A stretch of 56,278 bases of DNA from an uncultured Clostridia bacterium (lineage in GTDB: Bacteria > Bacillota > Clostridia > TANB77 > CAG-508), in contig CALXCG010000003.1 of the NCBI GenBank assembly GCA_944386745.1, positions 1-56,278 on the forward strand. Reading direction: 5' to 3'. The notes under the pieces were generated by a model that worked only from the letters and a program-made list of their open reading frames with translations, did not search any database and was not told where the DNA came from. A program made the position numbers and the translations under genes. This document shows, piece after piece, positions 1 to 11,400 of the stretch. How positions within the stretch are numbered: the stretch's first letter is position 1; every line of letters starts with the position of its first letter.

Positions 1-93
1 AAATAGACAGTTACCATATATTACCAGTAAAAATATGAAATGCTGATTATAAAATTTGATTTACTCTTTTTTTCTGTTTTTTTCTGAATACAC

Positions 94-122
94 TTGACTA
101 AAATTGTCGAAAATAGTATAAT
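94..122 (+). promoter_or_regulatory. sigma-A promoter of the EPS locus with a Spo0A-box match in the spacer
   Basis: TTGACT (94-99), 17 nt, TATAAT (117-122); TGTCGAA at 105-111. Confidence 0.7.
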
Positions 123-164
123 TAAATTGTTTGAATTATATATTAGGAAAATAGGGGGATATCT

Positions 165-794
165 ATGTATATTAGAATCAAAAGATTATTGGATATAATT
201 TTAGCTATTATACTATTGATTATATTTGCAATTCCAATGCTAATTATTTCAATACTAATAAAATTAGAAGATAAGGGACCAGTTATATATAAATCAAAAA
301 GGATGGGAAAGGGTTTAAAAGAATTTTATACATACAAATTTAGATCTATGAAAACCAATCGAAAAGAGTTGCAAGGAAATTTAAGTCATGATAAAATGGT
401 AACTAAAGTTGGAAAAGTTATAAGAAAGACAAGCTTAGATGAGTTACCACAATTATTCAATATTTTAAAAGGTGAAATGAGCTTTATTGGACCAAGACCA
501 TGGATACCAGAGTATTATGTGTGGTTTGATGAAAATCAAAAAAGAAGAGTAGATGTTTTACCTGGAATTTCTGGGCTAGCCCAAGTGAAGGGTAGAAATG
601 GTATAAACATTTTCAAAAAAATAGATTATGATTTACAATATGTAGATAATATTAGTTTTAAACAAGATTTAAAATTAGTGTTTGAAACAATAAAAACAGT
701 ATTTTCTAGAGATAATGCAGAAATTTCTGAAATGGGAATAAAGGCAGAAATAGAAGAATTAAAAGAGAGTAGAGAAGTAAGTAAAGTAGGTTAG
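165..794 (+). CDS. Priming sugar transferase (Bac_transf family)
   Basis: KRLLDI, YKFRSM, RKTSLDELPQLFNILKGEMSFIGPRP and PGISGLAQV motifs. Confidence 0.92.
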   Translation: MYIRIKRLLDIILAIILLIIFAIPMLIISILIKLEDKGPVIYKSKRMGKGLKEFYTYKFRSMKTNRKELQGNLSHDKMVTKVGKVIRKTSLDELPQLFNILKGEMSFIGPRPWIPEYYVWFDENQKRRVDVLPGISGLAQVKGRNGINIFKKIDYDLQYVDNISFKQDLKLVFETIKTVFSRDNAEISEMGIKAEIEELKESREVSKVG

Positions 795-801
795 GAGCAA
801 A

Positions 802-1896
802 GTGATGAAAAAGGTCTTATTTACAGCTACAGTTGATTCACACATACTTCAATTTCATATACCATATTTAAAGTGGTTTAAAGAACAAGGCTATGAAGTA
901 CATGTAGCAACGAATGGTGACGAAGTGATTCCATATTGTGATGTCAAGCATAAAATTACATTTGAGAGAAGTCCTTTGAAAATCAATAATGTTAAAGCGA
1001 TTTTTGAATTAAAAAAGATTATTGAGAAGGAAAAATTTCAAATAATACATACACATACTCCTATGGGAAGTGTAGTCACAAGACTAGCAGCAAAAAATGC
1101 CAGAAAAAAATATAAAACAAGAGTAATATATACAGCTCATGGTTTTCACTTTTTTAAAGGTGCACCATTGCTTAATTGGGTTTTATTTTATCCGATAGAA
1201 AAGTATTTATCTAAATATACAGATTGTTTAATAACAATAAATGAAGAGGACTATAATTTAGCTAAGACAAAATTTAATGCAAAAAAAGTAGAACTTGTTA
1301 ATGGTGTTGGAGTAGATGAAAATAAATTTGATTTTCAAATGGACGATAAAGAGAAGCATAAATTAAGACAAAGTTTAGGTTTAAAAGATGATGATTTCAT
1401 CATTATATATGTAGCAGAATTGAGTAAAAGAAAAAATCAAGGAATGTTGATAAAAGCAGTTAAGGAATTGATAGATGAAGGAAAAGAAAATATAAAGGTT
1501 ATATTGTCTGGTACTGATTCAAGAAATGGTTACTATCAAGAAATGGTTAAAAAATTAGGAATAGAGAATAATATAAAATTTCTTGGATACAGAAAAGATA
1601 TCCCAAAACTACTAAAAATATCTGATTTGTATGTTTCAACTGCTAAACAAGAAGGCTTACCTGTTAATATTATAGAAGCTATGTTTTCTGGATTACCAAT
1701 TATTGCAACGAATTGTAGAGGGAATAGAGATTTAATAAATTCATGTATAGAAATAAATAACTATAATCAACTAAAAGAAAGAATAATAAATGAAATGAAA
1801 AAAAACAACCAAGAAATGATAGAGTATAAAGTTGAATTATTTAAAATTGAAAATGTAATCAAAAATATTGAAAAAATATATAGGAGAAATATTTGA
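802..1896 (+). CDS. GT4 glycosyltransferase (EpsD-like)
   Basis: HTHTP, YTAHGFHF, EGLPVNIIEAM (EX7E). Confidence 0.9.
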   Translation: MMKKVLFTATVDSHILQFHIPYLKWFKEQGYEVHVATNGDEVIPYCDVKHKITFERSPLKINNVKAIFELKKIIEKEKFQIIHTHTPMGSVVTRLAAKNARKKYKTRVIYTAHGFHFFKGAPLLNWVLFYPIEKYLSKYTDCLITINEEDYNLAKTKFNAKKVELVNGVGVDENKFDFQMDDKEKHKLRQSLGLKDDDFIIIYVAELSKRKNQGMLIKAVKELIDEGKENIKVILSGTDSRNGYYQEMVKKLGIENNIKFLGYRKDIPKLLKISDLYVSTAKQEGLPVNIIEAMFSGLPIIATNCRGNRDLINSCIEINNYNQLKERIINEMKKNNQEMIEYKVELFKIENVIKNIEKIYRRNI

Positions 1897-1897
1897 T

Positions 1898-3211
1898 ATG
1901 AGTAAAAAAGTGTTAATAATACCATCATGCACAGACTTGAACAGAGGAGACCAAGCCTTAGTATTGGAAACAGCAAATGTAATAAAGAATGTATATGATG
2001 AGAAAATTGATATTTATATGATGTCAGATGGGGAAACCAAACAATGTGAAAAATTTGGATTAAAAAGCTTTAGTGATATATTAAAACATCCTTCAAGAAT
2101 ATCAAAGAATAATCATAATATAAAATACAACAAATCAATAATTATAAAATGGGGCCTAGTAGCTATTAAGGATTTGATATCTTCAAGTTTGTTATTAAAT
2201 AGGTTTACTAGAGCTATTATATATCCTTTCTTAAACGAGGAGAAAAAAAAATCTATAACTTTGTATAAAGAATGTGATTCTTGCTATGTAAAAGGTGGAG
2301 GATTTTTACATGACTATAGTGGTGGACTTGTGGGAATTTATACAATGTATTATTTAACATTTCACATTAGATTAGCTTTAGCGATGAACAAAAAGGTTTA
2401 CATAATGCCAAATTCTTTTGGACCATTTAAAAGTAAAACTACTAAAAAAATGCTAAATAAATTATTAAATAAGGTAAGCATTGTAACAGCGAGAGAAAGT
2501 ATTTCTGCATCAGGAAAAACAAATGGATTAGATAGAGATATACCACTATTTCCAGATTTAGCATTTTTCTTGTCGGATTCATATGAGAAAAATAAATGGC
2601 AACAATTTATGGAAAAATATAATTTAAAAGAAGAAGAGAAATATGTTGCAATCACAGTTAGACCATATAGATTTTATCAATATGAAAATCCGCAAGAAAA
2701 ATATGTACAATATAAAAATACATTTGTTGAATTCACAAAATTTTTAAATGAAAAAGGATATAAACCTTTATTTGTTGTTCATACAAGAGCGATAAATGAC
2801 CATGAAAATGACGAATTATGTATTAAAGAGATAATAAGTGATATAGATGATAAAGAATCTTATAAAGTGATAAAAGATGATTCCTTAAATTGTTATGATT
2901 TGAAGTTTATTTATAAACATTGTAAGTATATAATAGGTACTAGATTTCATTCGGTTATATTTTCCATTACAAACAAGGTTCCAGCAATTGCAATTACTTA
3001 TGGCGGAAACAAGGGAAATGGAATAATGAAAGATATGGATTTAAGCCAATATGCTATTGAAATTGGGAAGCTAACATTTTCAAATTTAAAAAATAAATTT
3101 GAAAATTTAGAAAAAGAAGAAGCAGATGTGATAATTAAAATAGAAAATTATATAGAAGAAAGTAATAAAAAATATAAGGAATTAATAAAAAAAATAAAGA
3201 AAAGTATTTAA
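1898..3211 (+). CDS. Polysaccharide pyruvyl transferase family protein
   Basis: NRGDQA, GGG, PNSFGPF, ARES, PDLAF, GTRFHS; ATG at 1898 follows AGGAG. Confidence 0.85.
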   Translation: MSKKVLIIPSCTDLNRGDQALVLETANVIKNVYDEKIDIYMMSDGETKQCEKFGLKSFSDILKHPSRISKNNHNIKYNKSIIIKWGLVAIKDLISSSLLLNRFTRAIIYPFLNEEKKKSITLYKECDSCYVKGGGFLHDYSGGLVGIYTMYYLTFHIRLALAMNKKVYIMPNSFGPFKSKTTKKMLNKLLNKVSIVTARESISASGKTNGLDRDIPLFPDLAFFLSDSYEKNKWQQFMEKYNLKEEEKYVAITVRPYRFYQYENPQEKYVQYKNTFVEFTKFLNEKGYKPLFVVHTRAINDHENDELCIKEIISDIDDKESYKVIKDDSLNCYDLKFIYKHCKYIIGTRFHSVIFSITNKVPAIAITYGGNKGNGIMKDMDLSQYAIEIGKLTFSNLKNKFENLEKEEADVIIKIENYIEESNKKYKELIKKIKKSI

Positions 3212-3222
3212 AGGTGGTTAAT

Positions 3223-4389
3223 ATGAAGTTAGCTTTTTTTCATGATGCTCGACTAAAAAAATATGAGGATAATTATTATACATCAGGAGGTCTAACAAAT
3301 GATTATCTACAAAGGTATCTGAAAGATTTTACAAGCATTACATTATGTACAAGAGAAGAAAATATAGAAAAAGAAAAGATTGGAAAACTATCAATAGTAT
3401 CTGGAAAAAATATTAATTTTGATACAGTAAAAAAAATAAATATATTTTCTTTACTGTTTGGAAAACAAAAAAAGAAAATAGTAAAAAATATTAAAGACAG
3501 TGATTTTGTAATTATTAGAATGCCAAGTATAATAGGTGTTATAGCTTGTAAAGAAATTAATAAAATTAATAAAAAATATTTAATTGAAATGGTTGGATGT
3601 CCTTTTGATGCGTTATGGAATTATGGTACTATTTTAGGAAAAATAGCAGCACCGATTATGTATATATTAAATAAATATTACATTAAAAAGGCTCAAAATG
3701 TGGTATATGTCTCAAATGAATTTTTACAGAGAAGATATCCAAATAAAAATAATAATTTGGGCTGTTCGGATGTTAATATAAAGCAAGTATCAAATGATGT
3801 TTTACAACAAAGAATAAGAAAAATAGAAAATAAAAAAGAAGGTGCAACAGTTAAATTAGGACTAATAGGATCTCTCAATGTAAAGTATAAAGGACATAAT
3901 ATAGCAATTAAAGCAATATCAAAATTAAAGGACAAGTATAATATTGAATTACATTTTTTAGGAGTAGGAAACAAAGAAAATTGGATAAATTTAGTAAAAA
4001 AATATAAAGTAAATGATATTGTTTATTTTGATGGAACATTACCAGGTGGAGAAGAAGTATATAAATGGTTAGATGATATAGATATTTATTTAATGCCAAG
4101 TTTACAAGAAGGATTGCCTAGAGCATTAATAGAGGCTATGAGTAGAGGGTGTCCATGTATAGGAACTAAAGTAGGAGGAATTCCCGAACTAATTGGTGAA
4201 GAGTGTATTATTCCAAGGAAAAACGAAAAAAAGTTAGCATATAAAATTGTGGAATTAATTAATGATAAAGAAAAAATGAAAAGTATTGCTAAAAGAAATT
4301 TCTATAAAAGTCAAGAATATGAAAGAGAGAAACTTGATGAAAAAATGGATAAATTTAGAAAGGAAATACTAGATGAAGAAAAAAAATGA
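3223..4389 (+). CDS. GT4 glycosyltransferase
   Basis: PSLQEGLPRALIEAM, VGGIPELI; ATG at 3223 follows AAGGTGG. Confidence 0.88.
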   Translation: MKLAFFHDARLKKYEDNYYTSGGLTNDYLQRYLKDFTSITLCTREENIEKEKIGKLSIVSGKNINFDTVKKINIFSLLFGKQKKKIVKNIKDSDFVIIRMPSIIGVIACKEINKINKKYLIEMVGCPFDALWNYGTILGKIAAPIMYILNKYYIKKAQNVVYVSNEFLQRRYPNKNNNLGCSDVNIKQVSNDVLQQRIRKIENKKEGATVKLGLIGSLNVKYKGHNIAIKAISKLKDKYNIELHFLGVGNKENWINLVKKYKVNDIVYFDGTLPGGEEVYKWLDDIDIYLMPSLQEGLPRALIEAMSRGCPCIGTKVGGIPELIGEECIIPRKNEKKLAYKIVELINDKEKMKSIAKRNFYKSQEYEREKLDEKMDKFRKEILDEEKK

Positions 4390-5509
4390 GCTAGAGTCAA
4401 AAAAAAATAATAGAGTAATTCATGTAGTAAAAACAATGAATCATGGTGGCGCTGAAACTATGATAATGAATATATATAGAAATATTGACAGAAAAAAAGT
4501 ACAGTTTGATTTCTTGTGTTTGGACGATAAAGAGGGTGAATATGATAAAGAGATTAAAGAAATGGGGGGAAGAATTTTTATTGTTCCTTCGCCTAGCAAT
4601 GGTAGATTTAAAAATTTAAGAGAGATTTATAGAATTTTAAAGAAAGAAAAAGTAAAAGCAATTCATTCACATGTATCTTTTTATTCAGGATTTGTATTGA
4701 TGGTGGCATATTTTGCAGGAGTAAAAAAAAGGATATGCCATTCTCATACAACTAGTGATGTAAGAAAAATTAATGTAGTTAGATACTTTTATAATAGTTT
4801 AGCTAGGTTTTTAATAAAAATATTTGCAAATATAAAATTGTCATGTGGAGATGAAGCAGGAAAGTACTTATATAAAAAAAGCAAGTATACCTTAATAAAC
4901 AATGGTATTGATTTAGAAAAATATTCACTTGTATCAGAAATTCAAGTAAAAAAATTAAAGAATGAATTAGGAATACAAGAAGATGAATTTATTATAGGTC
5001 ATGTTGGAAGATTTGAAAAAGTTAAAAATCAAAAATATTTTATTAATTTTGCAAAATCTTTTAAAAATAGAATTGATAACTTTAAGATTGTTTTGGTAGG
5101 AAATGGAACACAAAGAGAATTAATTGAAAAACAAGTAAAAGAAGAAAATTTGGAAAAATATTTTGTTTTTCCAGGAGTAAGAGATGATATAAATGTCTTT
5201 ATGAAAATGTTTAATATTTTCCTTATGCCATCATTATATGAAGGTTTCCCTTTAGTTGTTGTAGAAGCACTTGCTGGTGATAATGTTTGTTATTTATCAG
5301 ATACAATTTCAAAGGAAACTAATATTGTAAAAGACAGAGTAAAATATTTTAATATTTATGAAAAAGAAGATAAATTAATAGAATTAATAATATCAAGAAA
5401 AAATGACAAGAAATATAGCACTATTCAAGAGTTAAAAGAAAAAGGTTTTTCAATAAAAGACACAAGTCAAAAAATTACGAGAATTTATTTAGATAATACG
5501 AAAGGATAA
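4373..5509 (+). CDS. GT4 glycosyltransferase (EpsF-like)
   Basis: MNHGGAETMIMN, HSH, GHVGRF, PSLYEGFPLVVVEA. Confidence 0.88.
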   Translation: MKKKNELESKKNNRVIHVVKTMNHGGAETMIMNIYRNIDRKKVQFDFLCLDDKEGEYDKEIKEMGGRIFIVPSPSNGRFKNLREIYRILKKEKVKAIHSHVSFYSGFVLMVAYFAGVKKRICHSHTTSDVRKINVVRYFYNSLARFLIKIFANIKLSCGDEAGKYLYKKSKYTLINNGIDLEKYSLVSEIQVKKLKNELGIQEDEFIIGHVGRFEKVKNQKYFINFAKSFKNRIDNFKIVLVGNGTQRELIEKQVKEENLEKYFVFPGVRDDINVFMKMFNIFLMPSLYEGFPLVVVEALAGDNVCYLSDTISKETNIVKDRVKYFNIYEKEDKLIELIISRKNDKKYSTIQELKEKGFSIKDTSQKITRIYLDNTKG

Positions 5510-5512
5510 AAA

Positions 5513-6664
5513 ATGAGTTTAATTGCAATTATTTTATTTGTTTGTATGCCTTTTATGGCAATACCCGTTGTAATTGTAGGGATAATAGTTGATAGAAAGC
5601 ACAGTTATATTTATGCACTATTACTGGCTATTATTTTTGCTATAATAGCATACAATTTTAGACCAAACGAGACTCAAGATTTATATAGATATTATGTAGA
5701 AATGAGAACACATTATTCAAATATTAGTTTTGAGGTTTTTATACAGGAATTATTTTCTAACACAAAAGTTATATTTAAAACATTACAATATTTTATTGCA
5801 TTAACTCAAAATTATAATTTATTGCCATTTATTTGTACGTTATTTGGATATTTCATAAGTTTTTATATGATTTTAGATTGTGCAAAAGAATATAAGTTAA
5901 AACCTAGTCTAACGGTAATAATTTTATTTATTTTTGTATTATCATTCTATCATATAAATTTTTTAAGTGGATTAGCACAATATTTAGCTATTTCAATAGG
6001 AGTTTTAGGATTCTATCTAGAATATGTAAAGAACAAAAAAAAATCTATTTATAAAATATTATATATTGTTTCATTTTTAATACATGCTTCAATGATAATA
6101 ATTCCTATAATTAGAATTTTATTAAATTTTGATTACAAAAAAATAAAAAAAGTATATTTAATAGTTCTAATAATGTATGCTTTTTTACCAACAATTATAT
6201 ATCAGATTTTTAATATTCTTCCTGGAATGCAGACAATAGCACAAAAAATGAATTATTATTTGTTACAAGGTAATGGGATAAGTACGACCTTTGAGATAGT
6301 TTCATTATTATTATTAGTACTTTATATATTTATTTTTTATAGAACTAATAGAAAAAACAAACTAGTTAAAAATACGAACTTAAATAAATATTTTGACTTT
6401 GTAGAGATGATTTTATTATTAAATATATTTTCTATTTTTTATAAAGATATATTTTTAAGGATATTTAATATATCAATATTATCAATGTTGATTTATATTA
6501 TAATATATTTAAAGAATTCAAATAAAGAAAACATCATATTAATTTTAATATTGTGTATTTTTAGTGTATTGATAGGTAGTGTAAATTTAAATATTTTATT
6601 GGCAAATAATTTTGGCGATGTTTTTACAAATATTACTGAAAATTTATTTTATTATTTTAAATAA
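5513..6664 (+). CDS. Putative polysaccharide polymerase (Wzy/EpsG-like)
   Basis: Multi-TM hydrophobic protein with DLYRY and IHAS motifs; located among glycosyltransferases. Confidence 0.7.
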   Translation: MSLIAIILFVCMPFMAIPVVIVGIIVDRKHSYIYALLLAIIFAIIAYNFRPNETQDLYRYYVEMRTHYSNISFEVFIQELFSNTKVIFKTLQYFIALTQNYNLLPFICTLFGYFISFYMILDCAKEYKLKPSLTVIILFIFVLSFYHINFLSGLAQYLAISIGVLGFYLEYVKNKKKSIYKILYIVSFLIHASMIIIPIIRILLNFDYKKIKKVYLIVLIMYAFLPTIIYQIFNILPGMQTIAQKMNYYLLQGNGISTTFEIVSLLLLVLYIFIFYRTNRKNKLVKNTNLNKYFDFVEMILLLNIFSIFYKDIFLRIFNISILSMLIYIIIYLKNSNKENIILILILCIFSVLIGSVNLNILLANNFGDVFTNITENLFYYFK

Positions 6665-6673
6665 AAGGAGGAT

Positions 6674-7564
6674 ATGATGGAGAAAAATTATATTACAGTA
6701 CTCACTCCAACATATAATAGGGCACATACTTTAACAAGATTATACAATTCATTAAAGAGCCAAAATAATAACAATTTTGAATGGTTAATCATTGATGATG
6801 GTTCTTCAGACAATACAAAACAATTAGTACAAAAATGGATAAATGAAAAAAATTCATTTAATATAATTTATTTTAAAAAAGAAAATGGAGGAAAACATAC
6901 AGCAATAAATAAAGGAATTGAAATAGCAAAAGGGAAATTGACTTTAATAGTGGATTCTGATGATTATTTAACAAATGATGCTATAGAAAAAATAATAGAA
7001 AAGGAAAAAACAATAAAAAATATTAGTGAAAAATTTGCAGGGATAGCATTTTGTAAAGGATTTAGTGAAAATAATATAGTTGGAACTACTTTTAAGGGAG
7101 AATTTGTAGATGCTACATCGATTGAAAGAAAAAAATATAATATTTTAGGTGATAAAGCAGAAGTATTTTATACATCAGTTTTAAAAGAAAACAAGTTTCC
7201 TGAATTCGAAGGAGAAAAATTTATGACAGAAGCTCTGGTATGGAATAGGATAGCAAAAAAAGGATATAAAATTAGATGGTTTCAGGATATAATTTATATA
7301 TGTGAGTATAGAGATGATGGACTAACAAAACTGGGTTATACAAAGTTTAAAGAAAGTCCAAAAGGTTTATTATTATTCATAAACGAAAGTATAGAGTATC
7401 TAAATTTGAATTTATTAGAAAGACTATCAAGATATTCTTATTATAGTAAAGCAGTATATGAAAACAAAAATATAAAAAAAGCATCAGAAGATTTAGGAAT
7501 AAAAGAAACCACCTTAAAATTTGCAATTTTATTAAGAAAAATAGTAGAAAAGATAAAAAAATAG
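6674..7564 (+). CDS. GT2 glycosyltransferase
   Basis: TPTYNR, IIDDGSSD, ENGGKH, VDSDD. Confidence 0.9.
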   Translation: MMEKNYITVLTPTYNRAHTLTRLYNSLKSQNNNNFEWLIIDDGSSDNTKQLVQKWINEKNSFNIIYFKKENGGKHTAINKGIEIAKGKLTLIVDSDDYLTNDAIEKIIEKEKTIKNISEKFAGIAFCKGFSENNIVGTTFKGEFVDATSIERKKYNILGDKAEVFYTSVLKENKFPEFEGEKFMTEALVWNRIAKKGYKIRWFQDIIYICEYRDDGLTKLGYTKFKESPKGLLLFINESIEYLNLNLLERLSRYSYYSKAVYENKNIKKASEDLGIKETTLKFAILLRKIVEKIKK

Positions 7565-7574
7565 AGGTATAAAT

Positions 7575-8630
7575 ATGGAAAACGATTACTTGGTAACAGT
7601 TGCTATCGCATTATATAATGGAGAAAAATATATAGAAAGATGTATAAATTCAGTACTTAGACAAACATATAAAAATATAGAAATAATTGTGATAGATGAT
7701 GGTTCAACCGATAATGGTGTAAAAATAATAAAAGAAATTACTGATAAAGTAAGAATTTATCATAAAGAAAATGGTGGATTAGGTTCTGCTAGAAATTATT
7801 CATTCGAAAAAGCTAGAGGAGAATTTGTTCTTTGCATTGATGCAGATGATTGGTTGGAAGAAAATGCAGTTGAAGAATTAGTGAAGGCACAAAAAAAGTA
7901 TAATAGCGATATTGTTAAAATGAATTATTATATAAATAAAACTATTAATAAGAATTATTCTAAAGGTGATTTAGGCAAATATGCTAATAAATTAATAGAA
8001 ACTGAAAAAGATAGAGAAAATATTATATATGATATAATTCTAGGAAATATTACTTCTTATACTTGGTCAATGCTTATTAGAAAAAGCAAAGTGCAAAAAG
8101 AATATTATTTTGAAAAAATACATGTTGAAGATAAAATATTTTTATTGAAGTTTATAAGTAATGTAGAAAAAGTATATTTTTTAGATGAATGCTTATATCA
8201 TTACTTTTTTAATGAACATGGTTTAATGCATAAATACCCATATGAACATTATATGATGCAAAATATAGAGGTAAATAAAAAAATAAGAGAGATTATAGAG
8301 AAATATTATGATAAAAATGAAAAATTGCTAGTTGCTAATGATACATTAACAACATATGGAACAGAAAGAAATTTATTTAACATTTATCGTACAACCAATA
8401 AGGAAAATACAATAAAACAATATGAAAATATAAAAGAACAATGGAAGGAAATACAAAAGAATAGTAATTATGAATACTTAAAAGGAACGGTGTTTGAAGA
8501 TGGAAATATAAAAGCTATAAATTTGTGGAATTTAGGTGAATATGAAAAAGTATTCAAAATATATGATAAAGAGAAAATAAAATATAACATAAAAAATTAT
8601 TTGAGAAAAATTAAATCATTTATAAAGTAG
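7575..8630 (+). CDS. GT2 glycosyltransferase
   Basis: YNGEKYI, IDDGSTD, NGGLGSARN, IDADD. Confidence 0.9.
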   Translation: MENDYLVTVAIALYNGEKYIERCINSVLRQTYKNIEIIVIDDGSTDNGVKIIKEITDKVRIYHKENGGLGSARNYSFEKARGEFVLCIDADDWLEENAVEELVKAQKKYNSDIVKMNYYINKTINKNYSKGDLGKYANKLIETEKDRENIIYDIILGNITSYTWSMLIRKSKVQKEYYFEKIHVEDKIFLLKFISNVEKVYFLDECLYHYFFNEHGLMHKYPYEHYMMQNIEVNKKIREIIEKYYDKNEKLLVANDTLTTYGTERNLFNIYRTTNKENTIKQYENIKEQWKEIQKNSNYEYLKGTVFEDGNIKAINLWNLGEYEKVFKIYDKEKIKYNIKNYLRKIKSFIK

Positions 8631-8638
8631 GTGAATAT

Positions 8639-9814
8639 ATGAAAATTGCTTTAGTATCTCCAATGATATTACCTGTGCCATCAGTCAGAGGTGGAGCGGT
8701 AGAAATGTTAACTACATATCTAATCGATGAAAATGAAAAAAAACACAAATTAGACATTGATTTATATACTATCTATGATAAGAAAATAGATATTAACAAA
8801 TATAAAAATACTAAAATAATACAAATAAAAAGAAACAATGCAGAAAAATTATTCCAAAAATGTATTAACTTAAAAAATAGAATGTTAAAAAAGAAACCAA
8901 AATATAATATTTTATATAATAAAGTTGTTAAGCTACTTAAGAATAAAACTTATGATAAAATTATAATAGAAAACAATATGTTTATGTATAATTTGATATG
9001 TAATAATGTAAATACAGAATTAATATATCACATGCATAATGATTTCAATAATTGGGACAAAACAAAAGAAAATTATAAAAATATAGCACAAACAGCTTCA
9101 AAAATTTTAGTAGTAAGTAACTATTTGAAAAATAGAGTAAATAGTGTTAAAAACACTAATAAAGTAGAGGTATTATATAATGCTGTAGATAACGAACTAT
9201 ATAATGAAAAAAATATAATTAATTTAAGGAAAAAATATAATATAAATAATAACGATATAGTAATAGGTTATAGTGGTAGAATTACAAAAGAAAAAGGTAT
9301 TTTAGAATTAATTAAGGCAATAAAAAAAATTAAAACTATTAAAAATATTAAACTTTTAATTATTGGTTCGCAATGGTATGGTGAGTTAAAACAAGACAAA
9401 TATATGGAAGAAATACAAATGGAAATGAAAGATATTAAAAATAGAATTGTTTTTACAGGATATATAAGTCAAGAAAATATGCCTAGTATGTATAATGCTG
9501 TGGATGTTTTAGTAGTACCATCATTATGTGAGGAAGCATTTGGTTGTGTTGCAATAGAAGCAATGGCAATGGGGAAACCGGTGATTGTTGCAAAATCTGG
9601 AGCTTTGAGTGAAATTGTAAAAGAAAATTTTGGCTATATAATAGAAAAAGATTCAAATTTTGTTGACAATATGGCCAAAGCCATAAAAAAAATAGTGGAT
9701 AATGATGATTTACGCAAAAAGTATGGCGAAAATGCAAAAAAAGAATTTGAAAATAACATAAACTATCACAAAGAAGAATATTACGAAAATTTTTATAATT
9801 ATATAAAGAATTAA
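8639..9814 (+). CDS. GT4 glycosyltransferase
   Basis: GGAVE, GRITKEKG, EAFGCVAIEAMAMGKPVI. Confidence 0.9.
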   Translation: MKIALVSPMILPVPSVRGGAVEMLTTYLIDENEKKHKLDIDLYTIYDKKIDINKYKNTKIIQIKRNNAEKLFQKCINLKNRMLKKKPKYNILYNKVVKLLKNKTYDKIIIENNMFMYNLICNNVNTELIYHMHNDFNNWDKTKENYKNIAQTASKILVVSNYLKNRVNSVKNTNKVEVLYNAVDNELYNEKNIINLRKKYNINNNDIVIGYSGRITKEKGILELIKAIKKIKTIKNIKLLIIGSQWYGELKQDKYMEEIQMEMKDIKNRIVFTGYISQENMPSMYNAVDVLVVPSLCEEAFGCVAIEAMAMGKPVIVAKSGALSEIVKENFGYIIEKDSNFVDNMAKAIKKIVDNDDLRKKYGENAKKEFENNINYHKEEYYENFYNYIKN

Positions 9815-9831
9815 AGGAAGATGAAATTTTA

Positions 9832-11400
9832 ATGAGAAAGAAAAATTCAATTAGAAATATTTTTGTAGCATTATTATTGAATACAATAAATATATTAATA
9901 GGTTTTGTATCACAAAAAATATTTATAAATTCATTGGGACAAGTATTTTTGGGTATTAATGGATTATTTACAAATATTATTTCTATGCTCTCAATTGCTG
10001 ACTTAGGAATTGGTTCAGCAATTATTTATAACTTATATAAACCAATAGCAGAAAATAATAAAGAAAGAATAATTACATTAATAAATTTTTATAGAAAAAG
10101 CTACAGAATTATTGCTTTAGTTATTTTAATATTGGGTCTTCTTATTATGCCATTTTTAACTATTATAATAGGTAATAATGACATTGAAAATATAGATATT
10201 AACATTTATTTAGTTTTCATACTATTTTTGACAGATACGGTTGCATCATACTTGTTAACATATAAAAGATCTATCCTAACTGCTAATCAAAAGAATTATA
10301 TTATAAATATAGTGCATATAGGATATGTAATTATTTTAAATATTTTACAGATTGTATTATTATTAACCACTCATAATTATTATCTATATTTAATTATAAA
10401 AATTATATGCAGAATAATAGAAAATATAGTTATAACTTGTATTGTAAATAAAATGTATCCATATTTAAGAAAGAAAGTTAAAACTAAAATAGATATAGAA
10501 ACAAAAACAGATATAAATCGAAGATTAAAAGCATCAATTTTTCATAATGTAGGTGGCTTTGTAGTTTTAGGAACTGATAATATAATTATTTCTAAATTTT
10601 TAGGAGTAGCAACAGTTGGACTGTATTCAAATTATTATTTAATTATTAATGCAGTAAATGTTTTCTTATCACAAATTTTTTCTGGAATTACAGCGAGTTT
10701 AGGAAATTTGATAGTAGAAGGAAATATAAATAAAACATATGACATCGCAAAAAAAATAATATTTGCAAACTTTTGGATTTATTCTTTTGCTACAATTGCT
10801 ATATATGAAATTATAAATCCATTTATTACAGTATGGTTAGGTGAAAGTTTTTTATTTACAAATTTTACAGTAATAATTTTGGCACTAAATTTTTATTTTC
10901 AAGGAATGAGAAGATCTATGCAAGTATTTGCTGATGCAGCGGGAATATGTTACGAAAATAGATATGTACCAATAGCGGAATCAATAACTAATATTATAGC
11001 TTCTATAATATTAGTAGAACTAATTGGACTACCAGGAGTATTTTTAGGTACAATAATAAGTTCATTAGTTTTACATTGCTATAGTTTTCCAAAATATATT
11101 TACAAAGGTTTATTCAAAGAAAAAATGAGTGAATACATTTTATTAAATTTAAAATATTTAATAGTAATGTTATTTGCTTGGATTGTAACTAACTGTTTTG
11201 TAAATATACTTCATACTAATAATACTCTTCTTCAAATACTTATTAATATTATATTATGTATAATTATACCTAACGTAATTTTCTATTTTAAATATAAAAA
11301 TACTAAACAATTTATCTATTATAAAGATTTGACAAAAAATTCGCTAAGAAATTTAATAAATAAGGAGAAAATAAATGGAAAAAAACAAAGAAAAAAGTAG
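9832..11400 (+). CDS. Wzx-type flippase (MATE-like polysaccharide exporter)
   Basis: Many TM segments; LSIADLGIG, TDNIIIS, VGLYSNY. Confidence 0.85.
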   Translation: MRKKNSIRNIFVALLLNTINILIGFVSQKIFINSLGQVFLGINGLFTNIISMLSIADLGIGSAIIYNLYKPIAENNKERIITLINFYRKSYRIIALVILILGLLIMPFLTIIIGNNDIENIDINIYLVFILFLTDTVASYLLTYKRSILTANQKNYIINIVHIGYVIILNILQIVLLLTTHNYYLYLIIKIICRIIENIVITCIVNKMYPYLRKKVKTKIDIETKTDINRRLKASIFHNVGGFVVLGTDNIIISKFLGVATVGLYSNYYLIINAVNVFLSQIFSGITASLGNLIVEGNINKTYDIAKKIIFANFWIYSFATIAIYEIINPFITVWLGESFLFTNFTVIILALNFYFQGMRRSMQVFADAAGICYENRYVPIAESITNIIASIILVELIGLPGVFLGTIISSLVLHCYSFPKYIYKGLFKEKMSEYILLNLKYLIVMLFAWIVTNCFVNILHTNNTLLQILINIILCIIIPNVIFYFKYKNTKQFIYYKDLTKNSLRNLINKEKINGKKQRKK

